Shown here: positions 10,370 through 20,575 of the stretch, piece after piece
Layout: the number at the start of each line of letters is the position of its first letter
Position numbering within the stretch: the first letter of the stretch is position 1
DNA from: an uncultured Candidatus Saccharibacteria bacterium
Lineage (GTDB): Bacteria; Patescibacteriota; Doudnabacteria; UBA920
Reading direction: 5' to 3'
DNA: 64,000 nucleotides
Assembly (NCBI GenBank): GCA_964434195.1
Contig: CAYSUI010000005.1
Span: forward strand, 10,671 to 74,670
Program-made: the position numbers and the translations under genes
The notes under the pieces: model-generated
Databases searched by the model: none
What the model saw: the letters and a program-made list of their open reading frames with translations, nothing else
What the model was told of the DNA's origin: nothing

Positions 10370-10756
10370 TTAAATCAGTGAATTATAACCCAAAATGGTG
10401 TTTACTATTACGTTTATAATTATGTAAGACAATATTATAAGTACTAAACCAATTATAGCATTTACCACCGTCTTCTTACCTTTGGTTGCGCTCTCTGCAT
10501 TACCCGCAGAAAGGATATATTGGAATCCACCAATTATTATAAACAACACGGATACCCCACCAGCTATATAAAGTAGTATCTGAATAATAAAATATATAAA
10601 ACCAGATATAGAGTTAAATGCTACGCTAGGAAATAAAATTCTAAGCCTAGATAAACCACTGTTAATTTCATTCTGAGCAGAAGCAACAAAAGGAACTAAC
10701 ATTCCTGCAGCAGTTGCCCCAAAAGTAACTAAATTTTTCTTACTAATACTTTTCAT
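10370..10756 (-). CDS. Minimal pilin-like protein (signal peptide plus conserved two-helix C-terminal domain), paralog 2
   Basis: IIGGFQYILSAGNAESATKGKKTVVNAIIGLVLIIL; 128 aa, VirB2/TrbC-like size and topology. Confidence 0.6.
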   Translation of the reverse strand: MKSISKKNLVTFGATAAGMLVPFVASAQNEINSGLSRLRILFPSVAFNSISGFIYFIIQILLYIAGGVSVLFIIIGGFQYILSAGNAESATKGKKTVVNAIIGLVLIILSYIIINVIVNTILGYNSLI

Positions 10757-10875
10757 TGATATATATTAATTAATCTTCAAGGTACTATCCCCAAATACCC
10801 TAGAGATTATTCCGTAAGTTTTGCCTACGGAATAAAAATGTAAGAGATAGGATCCTATTACCTAACTTCTTCCAA

Positions 10876-11292
10876 CTACGGTGCGCTTGTACCCGCGCCT
10901 CCAGTTGAAACCAGGTTAGAAACAACGTTAACAATAACGTAAGAAAGAACGATTATGATAATACCAATAATTGCATTTATCACTGTACTCTTTCCTTTGC
11001 TTGCTGTTTCTTCGTTTCCTGCGGAAGTTATATACCAAAATCCACCAATGATCAAGAACAAAACTGCAACACCAAAGGTAATACCTAGTACCCAGTTTAT
11101 AACAGTTCTAATAAAACTGTTAACATCTGTACCTGCGTTACAATTTAGTCCTGAGCCAGCTGGACATTGGAAGTTTCTATTTAACTGAGCAGAAACTTCT
11201 AAAGGAGCAAGCACTAAAGCTAATGCTAAAATGCCCTGCAAAAAAACCAACACATTCACTTTTTTCAAAATATTTCTCAAAATTTTTTTCAC
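10876..11292 (-). CDS. Minimal pilin-like protein, paralog 3
   Basis: IIGGFWYITSAGNEETASKGKSTVINAIIGIIIIVL C-terminal domain; signal peptide. Confidence 0.6.
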   Translation of the reverse strand: MKKILRNILKKVNVLVFLQGILALALVLAPLEVSAQLNRNFQCPAGSGLNCNAGTDVNSFIRTVINWVLGITFGVAVLFLIIGGFWYITSAGNEETASKGKSTVINAIIGIIIIVLSYVIVNVVSNLVSTGGAGTSAP

Positions 11293-11299
11293 CGCCTTT

Positions 11300-11350
11300 C
11301 ATTGGCCGTTCTTGGCTGAGAGTTTTTAAAGAATAATTTTTTAAAAACTC
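11300..11350. terminator. Long perfect inverted repeat (cttggctgagagtttttaaag...ctttaaaaactctcagccaag) between paralogs 4 and 3; terminator or attenuator
   Basis: Roughly 20-bp perfect stem read from sequence. Confidence 0.45.
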
Positions 11351-11410
11351 TCAGCCAAGAACTATATATTAAATAATTTTTTTAATTTTACTTACTAACA
11401 TTATATACCA

Positions 11411-12679
11411 TTAATTTATATATTGGGTGCTATTTTTTATAGCCTCCCCGCAAACCGTTACAGTAACATCCGCAGGAGGAGTTATATCTAAAGTAACATT
11501 CGCACTTTGAGTTGTACTCTGATCTGAAAATTTTTCAAACGAAGCTGAAGCCGATTTGCCATTCGAACTTGCCTCTACGGTAGCTCCGGTATTTCCACAA
11601 ACAGTTGAAAGCGTACTCGTTGGTGCACTTACTGAAACTTTTACAGCTTTACCTCGAGTAGTCGAAACTAAAGACCATGACCAACCTATCGTACTTGCAG
11701 CCTGGACCACCGGATCCACAGGTGGATTAACTGACCCACTTGGACTTGGGCTAGGTGTAGGCTTACTCACTATTGGATTCCCTCTACTATTATTATTTCC
11801 AGAATTACTCGTACCTCCAGAACTCCCAGTAAACAAACCAAGAACTATATTTACTAAAGCTGATGCCATTATTATAACTATCAAACCTATAACCGCTTGC
11901 GTTATTGTCTTTTTGCCAGCGCCAGTCGCCTCTTTGCCGCCACTAGACATACCTGTCATGTATTGATAACCACCAATGATTATAAAAATAACTGCAACAG
12001 CACCCGAAAATGCAAAAAGTATATTTAAAATAAAACCCATTAAAGACGAAGCAGTACAGAAATGAGGAACAATTCCAAGCACATCAGTAAATCGACTATC
12101 TCCACCCGCAGCAAATTCTATGGATTGCTCAAGCGTAGCGCAGTCTCCACTTCCAAGCGCAGGCACATCACCAGTAAGCCCTCCGGAGTTTGAATCCTGT
12201 GGTGTATTATTCGAAACGTTAGGATTATTTGGATTATTATTACCCCCAGAAATAGCCAGGGTACTTCCACATACATATCCACTGCCAAGATCGTAACAAT
12301 TTCTATAGCTAGACCCAGCCTGTCCGTTTACATTTGTTGTTTTTATATACCCCCTGGAGTCAGTTGTTTTAGTGACTTCACCAGGATTTCCCGCAGTTAC
12401 ACCATCTTTCAAAATCTTAAACTTAACCTGCTTACCTACACAGGGTTGATTATTTGAATCAACTATCAATCCCAAATTATTATAAGAACCTACAGCGCCT
12501 GTTGTAAGTTCAGTACTATTCGAAGAATCACTCGACGCATACCACGAATCACCCTTAAATGTACAAGTTGTATTTTGAGCTTCAGCTTTCTGAAAATCCA
12601 GTCGTACACTAAAAGGTATTGAAAAAAACAAAAAACCTAACGACAGAGCAACTATGTATTTAAAATAATTTTTCATCAT
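11411..12679 (-). CDS. Large secreted protein (Ser/Thr/Asn/Pro-rich ectodomain) with the same C-terminal pilin-like anchor, paralog 4
   Basis: Signal peptide; IIGGYQYMTGMSSGGKEATGAGKKTITQAVIGLIVIIM. Confidence 0.55.
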   Translation of the reverse strand: MMKNYFKYIVALSLGFLFFSIPFSVRLDFQKAEAQNTTCTFKGDSWYASSDSSNSTELTTGAVGSYNNLGLIVDSNNQPCVGKQVKFKILKDGVTAGNPGEVTKTTDSRGYIKTTNVNGQAGSSYRNCYDLGSGYVCGSTLAISGGNNNPNNPNVSNNTPQDSNSGGLTGDVPALGSGDCATLEQSIEFAAGGDSRFTDVLGIVPHFCTASSLMGFILNILFAFSGAVAVIFIIIGGYQYMTGMSSGGKEATGAGKKTITQAVIGLIVIIMASALVNIVLGLFTGSSGGTSNSGNNNSRGNPIVSKPTPSPSPSGSVNPPVDPVVQAASTIGWSWSLVSTTRGKAVKVSVSAPTSTLSTVCGNTGATVEASSNGKSASASFEKFSDQSTTQSANVTLDITPPADVTVTVCGEAIKNSTQYIN

Positions 12680-12681
12680 TT

Positions 12682-13854
12682 TTATAATCCCTTATAACCT
12701 ATTAAGTTTTGCACTATTGCTACTATACTAAACGCAAGTAAAGATACAATAACTCCTGCTATTGCCCAAGTCATTGTAGCCTTTGCCTGAGTAAGAGCTT
12801 CGCTATTTCCTTGAGAAATCACCATTTTAAAACCCGCTACAACAATAAACAAAACCGCCCATGCTGCTATAAGCGCAATAAATGCTTTCATTATTACTAG
12901 CATCAACTGACCTAAATTACCCGATTCAAGTGGATTACATAGTTGGGCACCAGGATTACAACCTGAACTAGAGGTAGTAGAAGTCCCACCCGTACTAGGC
13001 CCTCCAGTATTCGGATTTCCTGTACTTGGGTTTCCCGTTGGACCACCCGTTGGACCACCAGTGGGTCCACCCGTGGGCCCACCGGTAGGACCGCCGCTAG
13101 TTGGACTTCCCGAACCAGAAGTTACCGTTGCCCCTCCAATCTGACCTCCGGTAATTGAACCTTTAGCCTGATAAACCCTAATTGCGTAATTTTGCGTAAT
13201 TGTAGGTGTAAATGTCGTATCCTCAACATAAAAATCATTCGGGTCAATAGCCAATCCCCGATTCGTTAACACCACTTTATTATTTGGATCCAGAACTTCA
13301 ACCACAACCGTGTCGCCATTTGGCCCAGTCTGGCATCCAGTAGCCTTCACGCGGATATAATATTTTTCTCCCTTTACAACCGATGTAGCTGGTTGCCTGC
13401 TTGAGTTGAAAACCGATATTTCAGCACGGCAATTACTTGAACTAACCCCAACATTCATTATGGGGCCACATACAAATGACCTATCGTCGTCATATTGATA
13501 CTTAGCGCAAATATTATAACTACCTGGATTGTTGAAAGTTATTTGAATTAAACCAATACCTGGTGATTTTTCAGAAGCATAACCCCCAACAAAATCGGTA
13601 TTATTACTTACTACCGAATTATCTTTTTTTACTTTATAACCAATATCTCGAATCGAACAATTACTGAAGTTAAAAGTATAATCATACTTCTGACCCGTAA
13701 CCGGCCCGCTACCACTATAAAAAAGTTTACCCCCCGATATGTTACATGTCGCAGCACTTGCTTGTTCTGTTAGCAAAGAAGCTACTCCCAAATAAAAGAC
13801 TGCAGTAAAAACAGAGAAAGTAAATATTTTAAATAGTAATGTAAGAAATTTCAT
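12682..13854 (-). CDS. Large secreted protein with (GGPT)n repeat linker and C-terminal pilin-like anchor, paralog 5
   Basis: Signal peptide; GGPTGGPTGGPTGGPTGGPTG repeat; VVAGFKMVISQGNSEALTQAKATMTWAIAGVIVSLL. Confidence 0.55.
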   Translation of the reverse strand: MKFLTLLFKIFTFSVFTAVFYLGVASLLTEQASAATCNISGGKLFYSGSGPVTGQKYDYTFNFSNCSIRDIGYKVKKDNSVVSNNTDFVGGYASEKSPGIGLIQITFNNPGSYNICAKYQYDDDRSFVCGPIMNVGVSSSNCRAEISVFNSSRQPATSVVKGEKYYIRVKATGCQTGPNGDTVVVEVLDPNNKVVLTNRGLAIDPNDFYVEDTTFTPTITQNYAIRVYQAKGSITGGQIGGATVTSGSGSPTSGGPTGGPTGGPTGGPTGGPTGNPSTGNPNTGGPSTGGTSTTSSSGCNPGAQLCNPLESGNLGQLMLVIMKAFIALIAAWAVLFIVVAGFKMVISQGNSEALTQAKATMTWAIAGVIVSLLAFSIVAIVQNLIGYKGL

Positions 13855-13859
13855 AAATA

Positions 13860-14969
13860 TTAATTATTGGTATTTGTAGTAGCGTTTCTTTGTAAAATAT
13901 AATCTACTGGGTTAGTTAAAATATTTTGACCACCAGATAATCCAAGTATGCCATTTACAATTGTATTTATTAACAAGAAAGCCATCATTGCTAAAACTAA
14001 TCCCAATACAGAATTAATCAAATGTTTCTTTGCAGCAGTTATCTTTTCGGCACTACCCTGAGCAAGCAACATTGAAAATGCTGATCGAATAATCTGAAAA
14101 GTTGCAAAGAATCCAGCCATCAAAATAAGATAATTTGTTACCCGAGTCATCAGAGTAAACAAATCTCTAACTGTACAGCTATCACTCGGTCTAGGCCCAG
14201 CCGGACCACTTCCAGTAACAGCAGAATCTCTACCGCACGGAACTAACCCCTTCTCTTTCTCCTGTGCAACCGAAATATTCCCAGTAGAATTATTGTTATT
14301 ACCTGGAGCATTACTGTCTATTGTCTGACCTGGAGGTGCAGAAGATTCACTTCTTACACTCACTGTCCTAGCATCGGACTGAGTAACGGTTGCACCATTA
14401 GTAAGCGCCAGATAACTTGCCAACTGCAAAGTTCCACCATTTTGAATCAACTGTTTTGTACCTGAATCTTTTAACCCACTTGTTTGCCAAGGTAATTTAA
14501 ATTCAAAATATCCTTTAGATGCAAAGTCTTTATTGTATGGGTCAGTAGTATAACTTTGTTCTGGTCCAATAGTTTCATAACTGCCATCACTAAAGACATT
14601 TCTAAACCTATGCTTAAAAGTCTGACCACAAGTAGCATCTACAGTATATTTTGAATACAAAATAAATCTTGTATCTTTATTGGCCAAAGAGCTTATTTGC
14701 GCTCCGTTCATATCGGTAACATAAAACTGCACAACCGCATTGCAAACAGAAGCAGCCTGAACATCATGACCGAAAAAAACCACAGAAAGTAGCACTAACA
14801 GCATCCCAACTGAGGCTTTCGCCTTTATCAATTTATTATTCCAAATTTTTATTTTTGAGTTCAAAAAAGACATCCAACTAATATTTTTTACTATTAATAC
14901 TATACCACATTTACTATCCTCTAACTTATAAAAAATGAACCTTCTAGAACTTTCGCCTAGACGGCTCAT
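13860..14969 (-). CDS. Large secreted protein with C-terminal pilin-like anchor, paralog 6 (probable true start at the internal Met near 14873)
   Basis: Internal signal-peptide-like MLLVLLSVVFFGHDVQAAS; C-terminal LAQGSAEKITAAKKHLINSVLGLVLAMMAFLL. Confidence 0.5.
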   Translation of the reverse strand: MSRLGESSRRFIFYKLEDSKCGIVLIVKNISWMSFLNSKIKIWNNKLIKAKASVGMLLVLLSVVFFGHDVQAASVCNAVVQFYVTDMNGAQISSLANKDTRFILYSKYTVDATCGQTFKHRFRNVFSDGSYETIGPEQSYTTDPYNKDFASKGYFEFKLPWQTSGLKDSGTKQLIQNGGTLQLASYLALTNGATVTQSDARTVSVRSESSAPPGQTIDSNAPGNNNNSTGNISVAQEKEKGLVPCGRDSAVTGSGPAGPRPSDSCTVRDLFTLMTRVTNYLILMAGFFATFQIIRSAFSMLLAQGSAEKITAAKKHLINSVLGLVLAMMAFLLINTIVNGILGLSGGQNILTNPVDYILQRNATTNTNN

Positions 14970-14998
14970 TTTACTTAATTTGAACCTTTAAGTCAACA

Positions 14999-16321
14999 CT
15001 AATATACACTTCTCCCTATAGTCGAAACTTGTTGTTCAGCTTGCGATATTGCTTGATCCACCCTCATTCCTGTAAGCACAACATTATCTATTGCTTTTAG
15101 CATAATCGTGTCTACTCTTGCCTGATCTGGACGATAAAATTGTTTTGCTGTTAGACCCGAATATGCAAATACAGATAACTTAGGATCTTGAGTCTGTGTT
15201 TCAACTAAATCTTTTCTACTTGATGGGTATTTATAAACCGTATAATACTTAGATAATTTTTCCTTTGTTGTAATAAATTTCAAAAAATCCCAAGCAATTT
15301 CGCTATTTTTACTCTGCTTACTCACAACTTCCCCAAAATAATTTGAAAAATTAACCCTAGGATCATCTAAATTCACTTGTGGTACAGGCGCAACATCAAA
15401 ATTCAAATTAGGAGCTTTGTCGATAATAGTATCTCTAGTAAAAGAATACCCATACAAAAATGCAGCTCTTCCATTGGCAAACGCATCTATTGAATAGTCA
15501 CTCTGGGTATTCCAGGTATAATTCGCAGAATTTGGATTTGCAAAAGACGTATAGTAACTAAGACCTAAAGCTCCTGGAAAAATTTGCTTCCCATTTTTGG
15601 TTACAGGCTGTGCAAAAGTAGGTCTGGTTTTATCCGTAGACCAAGCCTGAACACCAGACTGGAGCATCAATAAATACAGAATATCTTGCGACCTATTAAC
15701 ATTTCCTGAAGTACCCATAGCTACTCCACTCACAGTAAAATAACCCCGATCGTTTTGTTTAGTAATATTTCTAACCTGCCTCCCCAACTCTTCCCATGTT
15801 TTAGGAGGACTAGCAAAACCCGCGCTACCCAGTAAGTCTTTATTGTAGTAGAGAGCAAGAGTATCTACAGAAAGAGCAGTGCCATAAACCTGATTATCTT
15901 TAGTAAAATCTTCAGTAATTACATCCAAAAAAGTATTTTTGTAATCGTTAAAGGAGAAAACTTTTTGTGGGGCAGGAGTAATTTTATCCTGATACTTTGG
16001 CAACCAAGCATTATTAATAGAAAATATATCCGGTCCGTTTCCTGATGCTAAAGCATCAATTAGATCTTCTTCGTAGTTTTCAATATTCTTTTTTGTATAT
16101 TCTATTCTAACCCTTGGATGAGCGGCCTGATATTCACCAATAAAATTCTGCATTTCTTCGCTATCTGTAAAAGGTTTCCAAAATTTCAATGTCACATAGC
16201 CATCCGTAGTAGTAGACCCATTATTTCCACTATTACAACCAGCAGCTACAAAAGAAATCAATACCAATACGGATAATATTTTTATTTTGGAAGCAATAAA
16301 CCTAAAAAAATTTTGTTTCAT
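14999..16321 (-). CDS. ABC transporter extracellular solute-binding lipoprotein (family 1, sugar type)
   Basis: Lipobox LISFVAAGC then Asn/Gly/Ser/Thr-rich linker; overall SBP_bac_1-like composition. Confidence 0.5.
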   Translation of the reverse strand: MKQNFFRFIASKIKILSVLVLISFVAAGCNSGNNGSTTTDGYVTLKFWKPFTDSEEMQNFIGEYQAAHPRVRIEYTKKNIENYEEDLIDALASGNGPDIFSINNAWLPKYQDKITPAPQKVFSFNDYKNTFLDVITEDFTKDNQVYGTALSVDTLALYYNKDLLGSAGFASPPKTWEELGRQVRNITKQNDRGYFTVSGVAMGTSGNVNRSQDILYLLMLQSGVQAWSTDKTRPTFAQPVTKNGKQIFPGALGLSYYTSFANPNSANYTWNTQSDYSIDAFANGRAAFLYGYSFTRDTIIDKAPNLNFDVAPVPQVNLDDPRVNFSNYFGEVVSKQSKNSEIAWDFLKFITTKEKLSKYYTVYKYPSSRKDLVETQTQDPKLSVFAYSGLTAKQFYRPDQARVDTIMLKAIDNVVLTGMRVDQAISQAEQQVSTIGRSVY

Positions 16322-16335
16322 TATTTTTGCGCTTT

Positions 16336-17214
16336 TTAACTCAAATTTTTTAAATACTCAGAAAACTCTTCTCTTAAATCTTCATGCTTAAGCCCAAATT
16401 CTACAACTGCTTTAAGGTATTCTAACTTATTTCCTGTGTCATAATATCTTCCATTCGCTATTTCCACAGCATAAATTTCATCTTCTTTCATGAGCTTACT
16501 AATTGCATCTACAAGCCACAGCTCACCACTTTTACCTAAACTTGTAGATTCTAGATAACTAAATATACTCGGAGGAAGTATATAAGCCCCTAACATAGCC
16601 AAATTAGATGGTGCACTTCCTGGTTCTGGCTTTTCTACAATAGATTTAAGTTTAAAAATACCTTCATTTCCCTCTTCACAATCTGCCACACCATACTTAG
16701 ACAATTTAACTGGGTCGTCTATCCTAACCGCGCTTATATTTCCTTTACCATTCTTTTCAAAAACATCGATCATCTGTTTAAGCCTAGGGGGATTAGAATA
16801 GATAAATTCATCTGCCCAAAGCACCGCAAAAGGCTCATCACCAACAACATGTTTTGCATTTAGTACTGGAGTACCATTACCGTATGGGCCTTTTTGTCTC
16901 ACATAAACAAAATTAGCCATCTCAGCTATTTTTCTCACTTCCTCTGCCTGTGCGTCTTTTCCCGCCTCAAGCAGTCTTTTTTCTAGTTCGAAAGGATAGT
17001 CAAAATGATCTTCTATGCTTCTTTTATGCCAACCAGTAACTATAATAATATCTTCTATACCCGAAGCAACACACTCTTCAACTACATATTGAATAATGGG
17101 TTTATCTACTATCGGCAACATTTCCTTAGGCATCGCCTTAGTTGCTGGTAAAAACCTAGTTCCAAAACCTGCGGCAGGAATAACCGCCTTGCGAATCTTT
17201 TTAGTCTCTTTCAT
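16336..17214 (-). CDS. galU: UTP--glucose-1-phosphate uridylyltransferase (start moved to internal Met; track ORF extends to 17400)
   Basis: KAVIPAAGFGTRFLPATKAMPKEMLP nucleotidyltransferase motif; VDKPIIQYVVEE. Confidence 0.8.
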   Translation of the reverse strand: MKETKKIRKAVIPAAGFGTRFLPATKAMPKEMLPIVDKPIIQYVVEECVASGIEDIIIVTGWHKRSIEDHFDYPFELEKRLLEAGKDAQAEEVRKIAEMANFVYVRQKGPYGNGTPVLNAKHVVGDEPFAVLWADEFIYSNPPRLKQMIDVFEKNGKGNISAVRIDDPVKLSKYGVADCEEGNEGIFKLKSIVEKPEPGSAPSNLAMLGAYILPPSIFSYLESTSLGKSGELWLVDAISKLMKEDEIYAVEIANGRYYDTGNKLEYLKAVVEFGLKHEDLREEFSEYLKNLS

Positions 17215-17523
17215 AGAGCAATTATACCTCACCATCAAGGTCGAGCAAAGTGCAAAAAACATCTTGACTAGCACCAAACCCTTTAGTAAACTAGCAACGC
17301 TTCGAATATTTACTTCTGTCAAACAATCCCATAAGGAGAATACATGTACAATAGCAGCTGTCCTGATTGCCGCAGACAGGGAAGTGCCTGTTCCAAACAC
17401 GAAGAAAGCGATACTGACACTATCGAACTTCCAGATATCGAAATTGGAGGATATGAAAGTTCCGATAGCGGCTCTGGAAGTGGAGAATAACTAGATCTAA
17501 ACTATAAGGATCTAGTTTTTTAT

Positions 17524-19032
17524 TTAGTCTACAAAATTTCTATACTGAATTGCTTCCGTTAGATGCTCTTTTCTTACATTTGCTGAAGCATCTAAATCTG
17601 CAATAGTTCTAGTTACTTTTAACAATCTATGAATTTGTCTAGGTGAAAGACTATAATTATTAGCTATTTTTTCTAAAAGGGATTCAGACTCAGTATCCAA
17701 TTCACAAAACGCATTTATATCTTTTGGACTTAGTTTAGAATTAGTTTTAACACTCTTATATCTTTCTATTTGTACCGTACGACAATTTTCCACTTGGATT
17801 CTAACTAACTCAGACTCATTTGTATTAGTTTTTCCTGCCGTTCGCATTTCTAAAAATGAAACTCTGCCGACATTTACGAATAAATCTATCCTATCCAACA
17901 GTGGTCCTGAAATTTTTTTCTGATACTTAATAATTTGAGCCGGACCACATACACAGTTCTTCTCCTTATCTCCATAGAACCCGCATGGACAAGGGTTTTG
18001 AGAAGCTAGCAAAATAAACTCAGCTGGATATGTTTGCGTGGTTTTAGCTCTAGATACTGTAACTACACCATCCTCCAGAGGTTGCCTTAATGATTCCAAG
18101 ACATTTCTTGGAAATTCTGGAAATTCATCTAAAAATAAAACCCCTTTATGAGCAAGCGTAATTTCGCCTGGCCTAGCATTCATACCACCCCCTACCAAAG
18201 CAATGTTCGACATAGTATGGTGGGGAGACCTAAAGGGCCGGTTCTCAATAAGACCCCCTTTAAGCAAGCCTGCAACACTATATATAGTACTAACTTCTAA
18301 AATTTCTTCCGATTTTAATGCAGGCAATATACCTACGACCGACCTGGCAAGCATAGTTTTACCGCTTCCAGGAGGGCCATAGAATAGAACATTATGCCCA
18401 CCAGCTGCTGCTATAGTTAGGGCTCTTTTTGCCAAATTTTGTCCTGCGATATCAGAAAAATCCACAAAACCCATATTTTCTTTAACTCTGTTTTTCTTTT
18501 TTTGCCTTGATGGTTGAAGTACTTTCACTCCTAATAAATGTTCCATTACAGAAGATAGATTAGTACAACTAAATATTTTCACACCCTTAACACAAAGTGC
18601 CTCAAAAACATTCGCTTCCGGTACATATATTTCTTTAAAGCCAGCCAAGCTTGCACGCCTTACCATAGCCAATACCCCTGAAACCGCCCTAAGGCTTCCG
18701 TCCAAAGCCAATTCACCTATAAATAATTTATCTTTCACCACGAAATTCACATCGCCCGAAGAAAGTAGAATAGAAAGAGCAATTGGAAAATCAAAATGTG
18801 ACCCCACTTTAGGAACATCCGCAGGTGCTAAATTTACAGAAATTTTAGTCTGAGGGTAATTACCACCACTATTTTTAATAGCACTCTTTACCCTCTCCTT
18901 ACTCTCTTTAACAGCCATATCCGGCAAACCAACTATATTTGTAGTAGGTAATCCGTTTACTACGTCTGCCTCTACTTCAATAATAACCGCATCAATACCA
19001 CTTAAACTAGCTGAATAAACTTTCTGTACCAT
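17524..19032 (-). CDS. comM: YifB/ComM family Mg-chelatase-like AAA+ ATPase
   Basis: N-terminal MVQKVYSASLSGIDAVIIEVE; Walker A GPPGSGKTM; C-terminal Mg-chelatase-type domain. Confidence 0.8.
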   Translation of the reverse strand: MVQKVYSASLSGIDAVIIEVEADVVNGLPTTNIVGLPDMAVKESKERVKSAIKNSGGNYPQTKISVNLAPADVPKVGSHFDFPIALSILLSSGDVNFVVKDKLFIGELALDGSLRAVSGVLAMVRRASLAGFKEIYVPEANVFEALCVKGVKIFSCTNLSSVMEHLLGVKVLQPSRQKKKNRVKENMGFVDFSDIAGQNLAKRALTIAAAGGHNVLFYGPPGSGKTMLARSVVGILPALKSEEILEVSTIYSVAGLLKGGLIENRPFRSPHHTMSNIALVGGGMNARPGEITLAHKGVLFLDEFPEFPRNVLESLRQPLEDGVVTVSRAKTTQTYPAEFILLASQNPCPCGFYGDKEKNCVCGPAQIIKYQKKISGPLLDRIDLFVNVGRVSFLEMRTAGKTNTNESELVRIQVENCRTVQIERYKSVKTNSKLSPKDINAFCELDTESESLLEKIANNYSLSPRQIHRLLKVTRTIADLDASANVRKEHLTEAIQYRNFVD

Positions 19033-19204
19033 AAAAAAATAAACGCAAAAGACAATAAATTTCTTATTCTGTCTCTCTCTAATAATAGGGTGAACGAATG
19101 TTCTACTTAGAATACCATAACAAAAAAAATGGTCAAAGAACTATTGACAAATAAATAAAAAAATGATTTAATGTGTAATTAAATCATCAGAAAAAAGGAG
19201 AATC

Positions 19205-19549
19205 ATGAATAAACTAATCATTTATCAAGTATGGCCAGCAAGTGAAGGTGATGTTCGTATCCCAATCAAAGAAACTTTTTACCGGTGTTTGGGATATGAG
19301 AATGCCGGAAGCATACCAACCCAACATGTTCTGAAGGAAAGTTTGCTTGTGAAATTGGCTCAGGAATATTTTTCCGAAGGTGGAGAAGTAATCTTTGGAA
19401 CGAATTCAGGTGCTTTTTCTTACAGCCCACCAAATGCAGAAGAAGGCACATACGGCGTATTTTATTTCACCCCAGTTAGACTTGAATTTCAAGACGATCT
19501 AGTAAGAGCTTTTCAAAAAGCATCACCCTTACCAAATTTCAACTTTTAA
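19205..19549 (+). CDS. Hypothetical protein
   Basis: ORF with good SD (aaaaggagaatcATG); no recognisable motif. Confidence 0.3.
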   Translation: MNKLIIYQVWPASEGDVRIPIKETFYRCLGYENAGSIPTQHVLKESLLVKLAQEYFSEGGEVIFGTNSGAFSYSPPNAEEGTYGVFYFTPVRLEFQDDLVRAFQKASPLPNFNF

Positions 19550-19571
19550 CTTACCCTCAGTGTAAGTCTTT

Positions 19572-20120
19572 TTATTTTTTCTTTGTTACATTTTCACCCA
19601 CTAAAACGACTAAGGCTATAAGTAGGATAATACCGCAAATAATCCAACTCCAATATTCAGGCCAAGGAATATTATGTCTCCAATGCCTATGAACAAAACC
19701 TATAGAAAATGCTCCCCACCATCCTAATTGAGAGATAGCAGATGCCAACCCGATTCTAAACATTATCTTTGCAGGTACTTCCTCTACATTTCCCAACATT
19801 TCCATACTTTTCTTAATGAAATGCAAGAATATTCCATTTAAACCAACCATCAATACAAAAAATAATTTAATCTTAGTCAGATTATCCACATAACCCTTCA
19901 TAGTTATCAGAAACAGACCAGAAAATACCAACCCGCCCCACCCTAACCAGATTAACCTTTGCGTAATCTCTGCTACCGATGTAACCCTAGCCAAAGTGAT
20001 ATTTTTCACTTTAAGCAACCACAATAAACCAAAAGTATCTATTACTATAACCGATCCAAAACCAACTATAAGAGAAATTAAATGAATAAAAAGAAATATA
20101 TAAAAAGGTAAAGTATCCAT
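19572..20120 (-). CDS. Integral membrane protein, unknown function
   Basis: Five to six hydrophobic helices. Confidence 0.35.
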   Translation of the reverse strand: MDTLPFYIFLFIHLISLIVGFGSVIVIDTFGLLWLLKVKNITLARVTSVAEITQRLIWLGWGGLVFSGLFLITMKGYVDNLTKIKLFFVLMVGLNGIFLHFIKKSMEMLGNVEEVPAKIMFRIGLASAISQLGWWGAFSIGFVHRHWRHNIPWPEYWSWIICGIILLIALVVLVGENVTKKK

Positions 20121-20573
20121 TTATTTTTTATTTCTAAATAAAAGTATAAGTAATCCTATTATAATGCACCCGTCAGCAAAATTAAAAACTCCTGTAAAAA
20201 TACGAATATAATCATACACATAACCAAAGAACAATCTTTCAAATATATTAGAAATCGCTCCAGAAATTACGAGTACCCAAGCAAATCTTTCGGCTAAATC
20301 GAATTTTTTACCGTTAGAAACAATATACAAAGCCACAATTACAGCGATAACTGAATAAATCAGATAAATAAATAGGGCAGGAATCGGTAAACTAAATGCG
20401 AATTTATCATTTCTAAAATGAGTAATGCCAATAAAACCAAAATTAACTGATTCTAATCGTAAAAAAAACAATCTTGTTATCTGCGAGACTACAAAAAATA
20501 AAAATGATACAAGAATAGAACCCTTTAGGGTTCTATTTAATTTATATATCAATTTTAAAATCGATGTAAACAC
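20121..20573 (-). CDS. lspA: Lipoprotein signal peptidase (signal peptidase II)
   Basis: Four-TM 150-aa protein with FNFADGCIIIG and NxxxAF-like motifs. Confidence 0.65.
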   Translation of the reverse strand: MFTSILKLIYKLNRTLKGSILVSFLFFVVSQITRLFFLRLESVNFGFIGITHFRNDKFAFSLPIPALFIYLIYSVIAVIVALYIVSNGKKFDLAERFAWVLVISGAISNIFERLFFGYVYDYIRIFTGVFNFADGCIIIGLLILLFRNKK

Positions 20574-20575
20574 GT

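Noticed and set aside
17096-17494. 132-aa plus-strand ORF
   Set aside because: It is antisense to the 5' end of galU and its upstream region. The region is better explained by galU with its start at 17214.
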